Shown: piece after piece, positions 38,651 through 48,620 of the stretch
Layout of the letters: every line of letters begins with the position of its first letter
Numbering within the stretch: position 1 is the first letter of the stretch
Source: an uncultured bacterium
Lineage (GTDB): Bacteria > Bacteroidota > Bacteroidia > NS11-12g > UBA9320
DNA: 64,000 bases
Assembly: GCA_963991985.1 (NCBI GenBank)
Contig: CAXDRX010000001.1
Location: 3,341-67,340, forward strand
Direction of reading: 5' to 3'
Made by a program: the position numbers and the translations under genes
The notes under the pieces: model-generated
The model's input: only the letters and a program-made list of their open reading frames with translations
Database searches by the model: none
What the model was told of the DNA's origin: nothing

Positions 38651-39736
38651 CTAGTCCAAAGGTACATTTTTATTTTCTGATTGCACCAATTTGCTTGTGG
38701 GTCTTGTCCATTTTGGCTTTTCTCCCAAGGAATGCAATAATGAGTCTTTTTTCTCCACTGTTTTGGGTTGTGCTTTTTTGATGAAAGCTTTTTGTGGCTT
38801 AAGTCCCAACAAATTAAATAGCTCCATATCCTGATGAACATCTGGGTTGGGAGTTGTGAGAAGCTTATCCCCAGCAAAAATTGAATTTGCGCCAGCAAAG
38901 AAGCACAATGCTTGACCCTCTTGGCTCATTTGTGTTCTGCCTGCAGACAACCTAATTTGGGTTTTTGGCATAACAATTCTTGTGGTTGCAATCATTCTTA
39001 TCATTTCCCAAATCGAAATAGGTTTTTGTTTTTCAAGGGGAGTCCCTTCCACTGCTACAAGGGCATTGATTGGTACTGATTCAGGCTGTGGGCTTAAAGT
39101 TGATAAGGCGATGAGCATAGACACCCTATCCTCTATAGATTCTCCCATTCCAATAATACCACCGGAACAGACGGTCACGTTGGTTTTTCGAACATTTTTT
39201 ATTGTGTCTATTCTATCTTGATAAGCTCGCGTTGAGATCACTTCCTGATAATAGTCTTCGGAGGAATCCAGATTGTGATTGTAAGCATAGAGACCTGCCT
39301 CTGCAAGTCTTTTTGCTTGGTTTTCAGTAATCATGCCTAAGGTACAGCATACCTCCATGTCTAGTTTATTGATGGTACGAACCATTTCCAAAACCTGTTC
39401 AAAATCAGGTCCATCTTTAACATTTCTCCATGCAGCGCCCATACACACACGAGAAGACCCTAGCGCTTTGGCCCTTTTGGCTTGTTCGGAAACTTCCTGA
39501 ACACTCATCAAATCATTTCCTTCGATATCTGTATGATATCGCGCGGCTTGCGGACAATAAGAACAATCCTCAGGACAACCGCCTGTTTTTATTGACAATA
39601 ACGTACTTACTTGAACAATATTTGGATCATGATTTTGTCTATGTATTTGGGCTGCATTAAATAATAACTCCATCATTGGTTGATGGTATATTTCTAGCAT
39701 CTCACTTTGGGTCCAATTGTTTCGAATATCTTGCAT
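38651..39736 (-). CDS. bioB: Biotin synthase
   Basis: [14 protein letters not shown] radical SAM motif, [39 protein letters not shown] 39736 preferred. Confidence 0.97.
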   Translation of the reverse strand: MQDIRNNWTQSEMLEIYHQPMMELLFNAAQIHRQNHDPNIVQVSTLLSIKTGGCPEDCSYCPQAARYHTDIEGNDLMSVQEVSEQAKRAKALGSSRVCMGAAWRNVKDGPDFEQVLEMVRTINKLDMEVCCTLGMITENQAKRLAEAGLYAYNHNLDSSEDYYQEVISTRAYQDRIDTIKNVRKTNVTVCSGGIIGMGESIEDRVSMLIALSTLSPQPESVPINALVAVEGTPLEKQKPISIWEMIRMIATTRIVMPKTQIRLSAGRTQMSQEGQALCFFAGANSIFAGDKLLTTPNPDVHQDMELFNLLGLKPQKAFIKKAQPKTVEKKDSLLHSLGEKPKWTRPTSKLVQSENKNVPLD

Positions 39737-39761
39737 GTTCTGTGCGAAAATACATTTTATT

Positions 39762-40907
39762 TTATTGTGCTTTTTCGAGCAATAAACTTGCTGCATTGCC
39801 TCCAAAACCAACTGTATTAATTAAGATTCTTTTTATTTCTCGGCTTTTATAGCTTTGATTTACATAAGGGGTTTTATGCAAAATATTTTCATCCAACATA
39901 AAAAGGGCAAGCTCTAAGCTCAACATACCAGATGCTCCTAATGAATGTCCAACTTTCCATTTGTTTGAAGTGCAAAATGGTGCTTCATTCGGAAATACTT
40001 TATTTATGGCTTTCATTTCGGCCAAATCGCCTTTCATTGTTCCTGGTGCGTGCATAATTATTGCGTCTACAGACGATGGATCATGGCTTGACAAAGCGCC
40101 AGTCATTGATTTTTGAAGCGACACTCCATCTTTTTGTATTGATACTCCATTGGATAGTGCTTCTGTGCCATATCCCCAACCAATGATATGACAAAGAGCA
40201 TTTTCTTTTTTTCCGGCTGTTAAGCAAGCGGCACCGGCTCCCTCGCCCAACACCATGGTATTTTCTTTTTTTGCCAAATCCATGCTCCGGCAAGGAAACC
40301 CTTTTTTCAGATTGCTATAAATTTTTAATGCTTTCATTTGCCCAAAGGTAAAAGGCGTTAGTGGAGCCTCCGTCCCTCCAACCAAAAAATGGTTCACAAA
40401 ACCAGATTTCAACCAAACTATCCCATTCAATATGGAATGAAACGATGAAGAACAAGTAATAGAGTGAGAAATATTTGGGCCTTGGGCTTCTAGGTCATGA
40501 CCAACCCAAGAGGCGATATTCCCTGCTGTTGTTATGGGTGAGGTTCGAATATGTGTCACATTGGAAGTCAAAAAATCCCTGTGATGTGCCTCGATAGATT
40601 CCGTTGGTCCCCTTGAAGATCCTATGTTTACACCAAGTGAATCTTCTTTTGACAAGTTTGCCATTCCTTTTGCCTGCCTAGACACAAAGAGCGCATATAG
40701 GGTTGTTTTGTCTAGATGTCTGTAAGGAAATTCTTGCTTTATCTTTTTGATTTCTTCCCAAGATTCTGATGGAATTTTACCTTGCCAAATACCGTCAATT
40801 TTGGTCAGATTGTGATCGTTTTTTTTGTAGGATTGATAAATATTTTTCTTCCGGTGGCCCAGTGCAGAAAGAGATGAAAAACCAACAATAGAAAAACTTT
40901 CACTCAT
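39762..40907 (-). CDS. FabB/FabF-like beta-ketoacyl synthase inside the biotin operon
   Basis: Catalytic Cys in SITCSSS, VGGTEA, LGEGAG, His in MHAPGT, His in [18 protein letters not shown]. Confidence 0.88.
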   Translation of the reverse strand: MSESFSIVGFSSLSALGHRKKNIYQSYKKNDHNLTKIDGIWQGKIPSESWEEIKKIKQEFPYRHLDKTTLYALFVSRQAKGMANLSKEDSLGVNIGSSRGPTESIEAHHRDFLTSNVTHIRTSPITTAGNIASWVGHDLEAQGPNISHSITCSSSFHSILNGIVWLKSGFVNHFLVGGTEAPLTPFTFGQMKALKIYSNLKKGFPCRSMDLAKKENTMVLGEGAGAACLTAGKKENALCHIIGWGYGTEALSNGVSIQKDGVSLQKSMTGALSSHDPSSVDAIIMHAPGTMKGDLAEMKAINKVFPNEAPFCTSNKWKVGHSLGASGMLSLELALFMLDENILHKTPYVNQSYKSREIKRILINTVGFGGNAASLLLEKAQ

Positions 40908-42180
40908 TTAATTCACCAAATTTATCCAAACATGCAAGAATAGTTTCATAGATTTTATTCAATTGTTTGTTTGACGTTACAAAAGGGGGTGTGAGATAAA
41001 TTGTATTGCCCAAAGGCCGCAAAAAAATTCCTTTATCCATAAAAAACTGAAATATTTCATTTCTTTTTTCCCCATATCTATTGAGGACTTGGGAGAGCTC
41101 AAATGCCATTATTATTCCTTCATTCCTTACGTTTTTGACCCTTTGGTCATTTTTTAATTTCGTACAAAAAATTTGGTGCTGTTTTTCGATTCTTTGTTTG
41201 TTTGATTTCATTTCGTTTGAATGATAAAGATCAATAGCAACACTTGCTATTTTACAAGCAATCGGGTTGGCTGTGTAGGTATGACCATGAAAAAATCCTT
41301 TGGCATTTTTATCACTCAAAAATGCATTGAAAATTGTTTCGGTGCAGGAGGTTATTCCCATGGGGACCATTCCGGCAGTCAATGCCTTTGAAAGACAAAC
41401 AATGTCGGGTTGGATGGTTGCTTGTAGGGAGGCAAAAATATCTCTGGTCTTGCCAAAGCCCGTCATCACTTCATCTGCAATTTTAAGGACATTGTATTGT
41501 TTGCACAATCGCAGAAGCTGACATAAGAATTTTGCTTTATACATTTTCATTCCCGCTGCTCCTTGAACCAAAGGTTCGTATATGAATCCAATTACGTCGC
41601 CTACTTGTAGAATTTTTTCAAGCTTGGTCAATACTAGTTCTAGATTGTCTTCATCTGGGATAGGTATTCTCTTTACAGAAACAAAAAAGTCTTCAAATGC
41701 GCCGTTGTACACAGACAAGCCTGAGACAGACATTGCACCAAATGTGTCGCCATGGAAACCTTCTTCAAATGCAACAAAAACTTTTCTTCTTTCACCTTGA
41801 TTATGAAAATATTGAATGGCCATTTTTAAAGCAACATCTACCGAAGTAGAGCCATTTTCGCTAAAGAACAGTCTGTTTTGCCCAAAAGGAAGCAAAGGAA
41901 TTAGTTTTTCAGAAAGTTCTATGGCAGGCTCATGGGTGAAACCTGCAAAAACAATCTGATCCATATTTTCCATTTGCGCAGCAGCAGCATCTATGAGTTT
42001 GGGATGACAATGACCGTAAATGGCCGTATACCAAGAGGCAATTGCATCAATGTATTCGTTCCCAAATTCGTCCAACAAAAGGGCCCCTTTGGTTTTTTGA
42101 ATCCCTAAAGCCTCTGGGAGAAGTTGGTGTTGGGTCAAAGGATGCCAAATGTGCTTTTTATCTCGTTTGCTCAAACTCAT
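40900..42180 (-). CDS. bioA: Adenosylmethionine-8-amino-7-oxononanoate transaminase
   Basis: IWHPLTQ, NGSTSVDVALKMA, FHGDTFGAMS, EPLVQGAAGM, ADEVMTGFGKT, SKALT, HGHTYTANP. Confidence 0.96.
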   Translation of the reverse strand: MSLSKRDKKHIWHPLTQHQLLPEALGIQKTKGALLLDEFGNEYIDAIASWYTAIYGHCHPKLIDAAAAQMENMDQIVFAGFTHEPAIELSEKLIPLLPFGQNRLFFSENGSTSVDVALKMAIQYFHNQGERRKVFVAFEEGFHGDTFGAMSVSGLSVYNGAFEDFFVSVKRIPIPDEDNLELVLTKLEKILQVGDVIGFIYEPLVQGAAGMKMYKAKFLCQLLRLCKQYNVLKIADEVMTGFGKTRDIFASLQATIQPDIVCLSKALTAGMVPMGITSCTETIFNAFLSDKNAKGFFHGHTYTANPIACKIASVAIDLYHSNEMKSNKQRIEKQHQIFCTKLKNDQRVKNVRNEGIIMAFELSQVLNRYGEKRNEIFQFFMDKGIFLRPLGNTIYLTPPFVTSNKQLNKIYETILACLDKFGELNE

Positions 42181-42800
42181 AAAATAGAAAGAAGCTTAGG
42201 TTTTATGTTATGAGCGTATTGTTGGATGATTTTTGGTGTAATTCTATCGTGTTGTTCTAGCCTACCCAAAGTTGGCAAACCGCTTTTTTGAAGAATAATG
42301 TCTTGAGTAGATTTATTTTTTTTTCCATTGAATAGCAAAACAATTTTTTTAAATCCTCGGCTTTTTAATATTTCTATGCTCATCAGGGTATGGTTTATAC
42401 TACCTAGATAATTTTTGGAGACCAATACAATAAGATCATCGTTATGGATCAAATCTACGATGGTATCTTTATGATTGAGCGGAACAAGCAAACCTCCAGC
42501 CCCTTCGATGACCAATTTGTTTTTGGTTGTAGGTCTTTTAATGTTTTTTAAATTTATCTGCAGGTTTTCTAGTTCTGCCGCGGCATGAGGACTCATCGGT
42601 TTTTCTAGTGCATAGGCGTGGGGGTGTATTACTATGGAATTGTCCTGAAGGTAATGAGCAATGGAATGAGCATCTGAAAAGTCCAAATTACCAGATTGAA
42701 TTGGCTTCCAATAATCTGCTCGAAGCGCTTGAACCAGTATGGAAGATGCAATTGTCTTTCCTACATCTGTAGAAATTCCTGTAACGAATAAGTTAGTCAA
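42177..42800 (-). CDS. bioD: Dethiobiotin synthase
   Basis: FVTGISTDVGKT, YWKPIQSG, SPHAAA, IEGAGGLLVP, LGSINHT. Confidence 0.96.
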   Translation of the reverse strand: MTNLFVTGISTDVGKTIASSILVQALRADYWKPIQSGNLDFSDAHSIAHYLQDNSIVIHPHAYALEKPMSPHAAAELENLQINLKNIKRPTTKNKLVIEGAGGLLVPLNHKDTIVDLIHNDDLIVLVSKNYLGSINHTLMSIEILKSRGFKKIVLLFNGKKNKSTQDIILQKSGLPTLGRLEQHDRITPKIIQQYAHNIKPKLLSIL

Positions 42801-43947
42801 ATTTGGATCGAATTTTTTTAAGTTCTTTTAAGAGTTTTTCTATTTGGTTGTCACTATTGAAACTATGCAAACAGATACGCAATCTTTCTTTATTTTTTGG
42901 AACAGTTGGCGAAAGTATAGCTTTTACCAAAAATCCCTTATCATGCAACATAGAAGAAGCCTTTTTTACCTCAAAATTTCCCTTCATTACATATGATTGT
43001 ATGGCTGAATGGCTCGGATAAAAATTGTCTAATTCTAATTGATTTTTTAAATCATTGAACAATGAAATTTTCTTTGTCAATTGCCTTTGCAAATGGTTTC
43101 GGTTCAACATCCATTCATAGGCAGACTGAATGGTTGCAACACTATACGGGCTCATTGAGGTGCTATAAATCAAAGACCTTGCATAGTTGATCAAAAATTT
43201 TTTTAATGACTCAGCTCCTAAAATGGCGGCGCCATGGCAGCCCAGCGCTTTTCCAAATGTGACTACCCTCGCAAAAACTTTTTCTTCCAATGCATATTTT
43301 TGAACTAAGCCTTCACCTTTGTTGCCAAATACCCCTATGGCATGGGCCTCATCCAATACCAAATGTAATTTTTTATCGGAACAATAATTTGCCAATTCAA
43401 GCAAATTGGGGCTATCCCCATCCATGGAGAAAATGGTTTCGCTGACCACATAAAACTCATGGGCACCCTTTTTTCTGCATAACTCTACTTTATGGGCCAA
43501 ATCCGCCAAATCATTGTGTTTAAATTTAATGGCTTTTGCAAAGCCCATTTTTATACCATCTCGTATGGAGGCATGAATCAATTCATCATAAAAAATATAA
43601 TCTCCTCGTTGAGGTACAGAAGAAAAAAAACCAATATTGGCATCATAGCCTGAATTGAACAATAAGGCACTATCAGAATGATGAAAATGCTTTAAGAAAT
43701 CTTCCAATTTTTGGTGTATAATATGATTGCCCGACAACAACCGCGAACCAGTGCTACCATTTATATTTTCTGTCTGGCAAAGTTTTTTTAGAACAGCCTC
43801 ATGGATGGCTTCTTCCTTGGCCAAACCCAAATAATCGTTTGAAAAAAAATCCTCCCCATTTTTGATAACAGAAGGCAAAACCCTCAAATTATCTGAATGA
43901 TGCCTTTGTGATAATTTTTCTTTCAGTCTTTTGGGAATCTCCTGCAC
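42793..43947 (-). CDS. bioF: 8-amino-7-oxononanoate synthase
   Basis: FFSNDYLGL, GSRLLSGN, SGYDAN, HASIRDG, FSMDGD, DEAHA, TFGKALG; first gene of the bio cluster. Confidence 0.93.
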   Translation of the reverse strand: MQEIPKRLKEKLSQRHHSDNLRVLPSVIKNGEDFFSNDYLGLAKEEAIHEAVLKKLCQTENINGSTGSRLLSGNHIIHQKLEDFLKHFHHSDSALLFNSGYDANIGFFSSVPQRGDYIFYDELIHASIRDGIKMGFAKAIKFKHNDLADLAHKVELCRKKGAHEFYVVSETIFSMDGDSPNLLELANYCSDKKLHLVLDEAHAIGVFGNKGEGLVQKYALEEKVFARVVTFGKALGCHGAAILGAESLKKFLINYARSLIYSTSMSPYSVATIQSAYEWMLNRNHLQRQLTKKISLFNDLKNQLELDNFYPSHSAIQSYVMKGNFEVKKASSMLHDKGFLVKAILSPTVPKNKERLRICLHSFNSDNQIEKLLKELKKIRSKFD

Positions 43948-43951
43948 AAAG

Positions 43952-43959
43952 CAAAATTA
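43952..43959 (-). promoter_or_regulatory. -7 element TAATTTTG, 4 nt before the bioF GTG
   Basis: Exact TAnnTTTG match on the minus strand. Confidence 0.55.
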
Positions 43960-43988
43960 GAAAATTGAATAAACCACTGCACCGAAAT

Positions 43989-46637
43989 TTAGTTTTTAGA
44001 AAACCGCAAAAATCCCAAGGTGTGGATTTGTAAAATAAATGTCCCAGCGGAAAGAGCTTTTACATCTATTTTACCATTTTTTACTGTCCCCGTCAAAACT
44101 TCTTGACCTGATGCATTGAAAATATTAAAATATCCTTCTTTAATCTCTTGAAGAAAAATATGATTTTTTACTGGATTGGGATAAAATGCGATCTTTTTGA
44201 TTTGGATATTATTAACAAAAGTGATTTGATCGAATTTTAATGTAGAATCGGTTTTTTCCTTACATTGCGACGCTTGATCAATAATCTCTAAGTCAACATC
44301 TACATATTGTTTGTTGGCAGTTTGTGAAAGCAAAAATGATACTACCGAATCATTGGTTTGCAGAAAGCCACCTTCCATTGGTTGTAATTTCCAATCCGTT
44401 TGAGCATTTTTTACGTCAGTAATGGCTGAGAGAAAGAATCGGCTTTCCTCTTCAAAGGGTTGTTTTTTTGCAGCAATTTTTGCCATTGGTTTTGGCTTTA
44501 GTTGAAAGGAATCAATGTCTTTGAACAACAATGGACAAATTGATGATTTTTTAACGGCGGTGTCAACCTGGATCTTGAGCCATTGAAAGGAGCTATCCAT
44601 AATGATAGCCACTACAATGGAGTCTTTGCTGGAAAACAAAGGTTGAACTTTTTTATTATTTAGTGATACGCTAAAGGAAGCACTGTCGACGTTTTCGTTC
44701 AATGTGTTCAATGCAATTTGATGCATTCCTTTGGCCAAGCAAGTATCCGTTTTTCTGATTAAATTTAGTCGGGGCGACGGGTAAGTAACCACCATAGAAG
44801 ATTTTTGGCTAACACAACCCGTTTTTGAATTGGAAAAAACATATCGAACAATTGTATTCCCCACCTCAAAAATCCCTTGCTTACCTTCTTCTACTTTTTT
44901 ATTGTTCAATAACCATTCCCCACCCTCGGGCATCGCATCCAAAGGAAATGGACTTTCACCATCGCATCTATAAAGGGTATCTCCAAAAGAAAAATGACTG
45001 GAATAAATTGAATCCATGCCATTCAAGAAAAACGTCATATTTTCTTTTGCTTCACAGCCTTTTGCCATTGTTTTGTATTGCAATAAAAATTTTGCATCCT
45101 TATATTTTTGGCTTTCGTTTGAATTGACCTGGATGCTATCTCCTTTCGGCACCCCAATTTGACTTGGCTTATCGAAACCAGTTGTATCAATAACTTTCCA
45201 GACACCTCCAGGTGGTTGAATGGAAAATAAAGAGCCCAAAGAAATGGTCCCTTGATTGAAACATGCCGGATTGGCTGTTTTATATGAAATACTTGGGCTT
45301 GCAACGATGATAATTTGCGCTGTGTCCTCAAAATGACAACCTTGCACATTTAAAACATGGTGAATCAACGATATTGTGTCTACTCCCTGGTTTGAGTGAT
45401 TGAATCTAGACAATGAAAGATAGGTAGTGTCTTGAAAAACACGGAGCACGCTATCCAAATTTTTACAATCTAAGCAAGTCCAATAGGAACTATCTACATT
45501 TTTCTTTATCAAGACTTGGTTGGCATCCAAGTTGATTTCCTTTAATGACTGGCAATAAAGGCTATTTTTCAATACTATTTCCGGGTTTTCAAACTTTTGA
45601 ACAAAACGCGTACTTGATACATTCTTACAACCCGATTTGGAAACCGTAAAAAAATAAGATCCTGAATCTTTCACCCAAATGGAATTTCCGCTTTGGCCAT
45701 CACTCCATTGATATTTCGCTCCTGGCGTATATTGGGCCAAAAGATTGATGGAATCCCCGGCACATAAATTTTGATTTTCGTTGCTTAGCCATTTGACTTT
45801 AGGTTTTGCCAATACAGTAATTTTTATGGAGTCGTATGGGCCAAAACCGTTTTTGTTTTTTGCTCTCGCGGAGACATAAAATACTCCTGCGTCCGGAAAA
45901 AAAATGTTCCCAGGATTTTGTTGATTGGAACTGTCCATATTTCCACCGTTTATTTTCCAGTCATAAGCTGTGGGATTGGCACTTGCAGTGGCAGAAAAAT
46001 AAACTGCTTCTTCTGCGCATAGAGTAGTCCGATTAGCGCCTATAGATGTTATGGGGACCGAATCTTGAGCATATTTAAAACGGAATGTTTTGGCATATAC
46101 TTGGTCTCCTGAGTTTTGGCTATTTGCATTGGCCGCCATCACTACTGCATAAAACTTTACATTTCCTTGGTAGTTTTTGGGTGCTTTCCAGCGAAACTGC
46201 CAATCTGTACTATCGGTGCCTGTGGTACTCGTACCCGTTGTGGTATGTAATAGATACTGCCGTGTGTTGCTTCCATATATCCTTGTTTTTTTCTGGACAC
46301 GATTGCTGAATGTCGAAAGTGTACCTACGGGCTTATTGTTGGTATCTAAAGCCGTAATCTGAAATCCAAATTTATTTATGGATGACTGTTTGTAACTCAA
46401 TTTTACTGCATAGGTGCTATCTGCTTTATATTTCCCAGAGATAAAGTTGCCCGTGAGGTTAATCTTGGCCCAATTGGTCCCGCTGGTGATGAGAGAACCT
46501 GAATGGCAAGATGTGCAGTTGTTCTCACTTGGAGCATTGGTATAACCACCACCCGGACCAGAAGTATAGGTTAAAGATTTTGTAGCAACCAAAAGTGCCA
46601 AAATCAAGGTGGAAAAATAGATTGTGTTTTTTCTCAT
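43989..46637 (-). CDS. T9SS type-A-sorted protein with N-terminal Reeler-like (choice-of-anchor V-like) CxxCH domain, PKD and Ig-like repeats
   Basis: Signal peptide from ATG 46637; TNAPSENNCTSCHSG, FGFQITA, WQFRWKAP, SGDQVY; PKD YDWKING; FYPNPVKN..LSAGTFIL C-terminal domain. Confidence 0.78.
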   Translation of the reverse strand: MRKNTIYFSTLILALLVATKSLTYTSGPGGGYTNAPSENNCTSCHSGSLITSGTNWAKINLTGNFISGKYKADSTYAVKLSYKQSSINKFGFQITALDTNNKPVGTLSTFSNRVQKKTRIYGSNTRQYLLHTTTGTSTTGTDSTDWQFRWKAPKNYQGNVKFYAVVMAANANSQNSGDQVYAKTFRFKYAQDSVPITSIGANRTTLCAEEAVYFSATASANPTAYDWKINGGNMDSSNQQNPGNIFFPDAGVFYVSARAKNKNGFGPYDSIKITVLAKPKVKWLSNENQNLCAGDSINLLAQYTPGAKYQWSDGQSGNSIWVKDSGSYFFTVSKSGCKNVSSTRFVQKFENPEIVLKNSLYCQSLKEINLDANQVLIKKNVDSSYWTCLDCKNLDSVLRVFQDTTYLSLSRFNHSNQGVDTISLIHHVLNVQGCHFEDTAQIIIVASPSISYKTANPACFNQGTISLGSLFSIQPPGGVWKVIDTTGFDKPSQIGVPKGDSIQVNSNESQKYKDAKFLLQYKTMAKGCEAKENMTFFLNGMDSIYSSHFSFGDTLYRCDGESPFPLDAMPEGGEWLLNNKKVEEGKQGIFEVGNTIVRYVFSNSKTGCVSQKSSMVVTYPSPRLNLIRKTDTCLAKGMHQIALNTLNENVDSASFSVSLNNKKVQPLFSSKDSIVVAIIMDSSFQWLKIQVDTAVKKSSICPLLFKDIDSFQLKPKPMAKIAAKKQPFEEESRFFLSAITDVKNAQTDWKLQPMEGGFLQTNDSVVSFLLSQTANKQYVDVDLEIIDQASQCKEKTDSTLKFDQITFVNNIQIKKIAFYPNPVKNHIFLQEIKEGYFNIFNASGQEVLTGTVKNGKIDVKALSAGTFILQIHTLGFLRFSKN

Positions 46638-46799
46638 CAACTGGTGTACAGATAAAGAACAAATTTTCAGCAATTTCTGTTTTTAAACCCCATAATAGAA
46701 AATAAATGGTGGTGCACCTCTAGTATTGAACCTGCATTGATGACAAACTATTGATACTTTGATATTTTTCTATACATTTGAATCTCATTACTCTTTATT

Positions 46800-47672
46800 A
46801 TGAAGTATTTAAGTCTCAAAATCTTAACAATACTCCTAGGATTGGGCGTGTTGTTTTCCTGCAATCAAAAAACAGTAAAAGAAAAGAACTGCTGTAGTAA
46901 GGACAGTTCAAATGTTTGTAAAAAAACTTTTGTGTTGGTGCATTCGGCGTGGTTAGGCGCATGGCAGTGGAATCAAGTAAAAAAACAACTTATCGAGAAA
47001 GGACATGAGGTAATTACCCCAGATTTACCGGGTCATGGGAGTGATAAAACGCCCGCAGCAGAAATTGATATGAATGCTTATGTCAACAAGCTGGTCCAAG
47101 TATTGAAAAATCAAGACAAGCCCGTAATCCTTGTGGGTCATAGTTTTAATGGTATTACGATTAGTCGAGTTGCAGAATTACAACCCGAAAAAGTAGAAAA
47201 ACTGGTTTATTTGACCGCTTTTTTACTACCCAAAGGTGCTTCATTTTTCTCTGCAGTTCAAGGTGTTGAAGGATCCAAAGCGGTTGAAAATTTTTATTTG
47301 TCAGAAGACGAGTCTCAAGCATTTGTTAAAGAAAATGTAATCAAAGAGGCCTTTGCGCATGACATTTCAGATGAAATGTTTGACAAAGTCAAAGGAATGA
47401 TTGTTCCTGAACCTGCAAAACCTCTAAATTACGAGCTTGAAATAAGCGAGGACAAATTTGGCAGGATTCCTAAATACTATATAGAATGCACAGAAGATAA
47501 GGCAATCCCCATTGAAGTGCAACGAGGAATGTATAAAGGAAATGTAAAGCAATATTTTTCTATCGCCTCTAGCCACACCCCCAATTTTTCTCATCCATCA
47601 GAGCTCTCAAACATTCTTTCTGGTCTGTGCAAGAAAGCTGTTTGTTGCTCTGAGTCGAAAGCAAAAAAATAG
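46800..47672 (+). CDS. Alpha/beta hydrolase (methylesterase-like), lipoprotein
   Basis: LFSC lipobox, FVLVHSAW, DLPGHG, VGHSFNG nucleophile elbow, EDKAIP Asp, SSHTP His. Confidence 0.85.
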   Translation: MKYLSLKILTILLGLGVLFSCNQKTVKEKNCCSKDSSNVCKKTFVLVHSAWLGAWQWNQVKKQLIEKGHEVITPDLPGHGSDKTPAAEIDMNAYVNKLVQVLKNQDKPVILVGHSFNGITISRVAELQPEKVEKLVYLTAFLLPKGASFFSAVQGVEGSKAVENFYLSEDESQAFVKENVIKEAFAHDISDEMFDKVKGMIVPEPAKPLNYELEISEDKFGRIPKYYIECTEDKAIPIEVQRGMYKGNVKQYFSIASSHTPNFSHPSELSNILSGLCKKAVCCSESKAKK

Positions 47673-47704
47673 CGCAAATAGGAAAACCAATCTTACCGTA
47701 GTGT

Positions 47705-48514
47705 CTATTCTTTTGGCACTTGGTGAAGTTTTCTCACAATCCTGAGAACAATTGTTTTTGGAGAAAAAGGGATTAGCGCCAAAAGTAATTTTTGACCAAA
47801 ATTTAGGCTCGGAAAAACATTTAATTTTCCTTTCATCATTGCTCTATAAGCAATCTTGGCTACGTCCTCTGCACTGACTGTTTTTCTAAAAAGAATAGAA
47901 TTTTCTAATTGGGCTTCTTTTGCAAAATTACTTTCTGTAGGTGGAGGCATACACGTCGTTACTTTGATATCGTTTCCTCTCAACTCCTCTGCCAAAGCAT
48001 TCCCCAAGGAGCTTACAAAAGCCTTGGTTGCAAAATATACTGCTTGCATCGGACCAGGGACTAAAGCTGCAGTGCTACTTATATTCATTACCCTTCCACC
48101 TTTATTCTCAATCATTTGGGGTAAAAATAGATACAGTAAATCTGTGATGGCCATTGCATTTACTTGAACCATTTTTCTGTGCTTTTCCAAGTCTTGACCA
48201 ATGAAGAAACCCCGATGTCCAAAACCTGCGTTATTGACCAAATATTTCAGTGAACCAAGTTTGAGATTTTTATATGCTTGCAAAATTTTTTGAGCAGCAT
48301 TGGGCTCAGCCAAGTCCTGCTCAATAGGATAAACTAGACAGTCCCAAGAGTCTTCAATCTCTGCTTTTAAATCCATCAATCTTTGTTTGTCTCTTGCAAC
48401 AGCAACCAGATGTTTACCTCCATCCCGAGCAAATTCCTTAGACAATTCCGCACCTATCCCCGATGATGCACCTGTAATTAGCGCTATAGAGCTTTTTCTA
48501 TCCAACGAATACAA
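47705..48514 (-). CDS. Short-chain dehydrogenase/reductase
   Basis: TGASSGIG, LVNNAGFG, YFATKAF (YxxxK). Confidence 0.92.
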   Translation of the reverse strand: MYSLDRKSSIALITGASSGIGAELSKEFARDGGKHLVAVARDKQRLMDLKAEIEDSWDCLVYPIEQDLAEPNAAQKILQAYKNLKLGSLKYLVNNAGFGHRGFFIGQDLEKHRKMVQVNAMAITDLLYLFLPQMIENKGGRVMNISSTAALVPGPMQAVYFATKAFVSSLGNALAEELRGNDIKVTTCMPPPTESNFAKEAQLENSILFRKTVSAEDVAKIAYRAMMKGKLNVFPSLNFGQKLLLALIPFSPKTIVLRIVRKLHQVPKE

Positions 48515-48620
48515 AGTAAATACTCTTAACTTTTCGTTGATGATTTTTTGTTGATTTTTTAATCTTTCAAATCTATTTCAAAAGAATATTTCTGAACGCC
48601 TTAGACTAACTTTGAATGAA

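Noticed and set aside
46800-47672. Alpha/beta hydrolase as the missing BioH
   Set aside because: It has a lipoprotein signal (exported), is on the opposite strand and separated from bio by a 2.6-kb gene, and there is no bioC partner.
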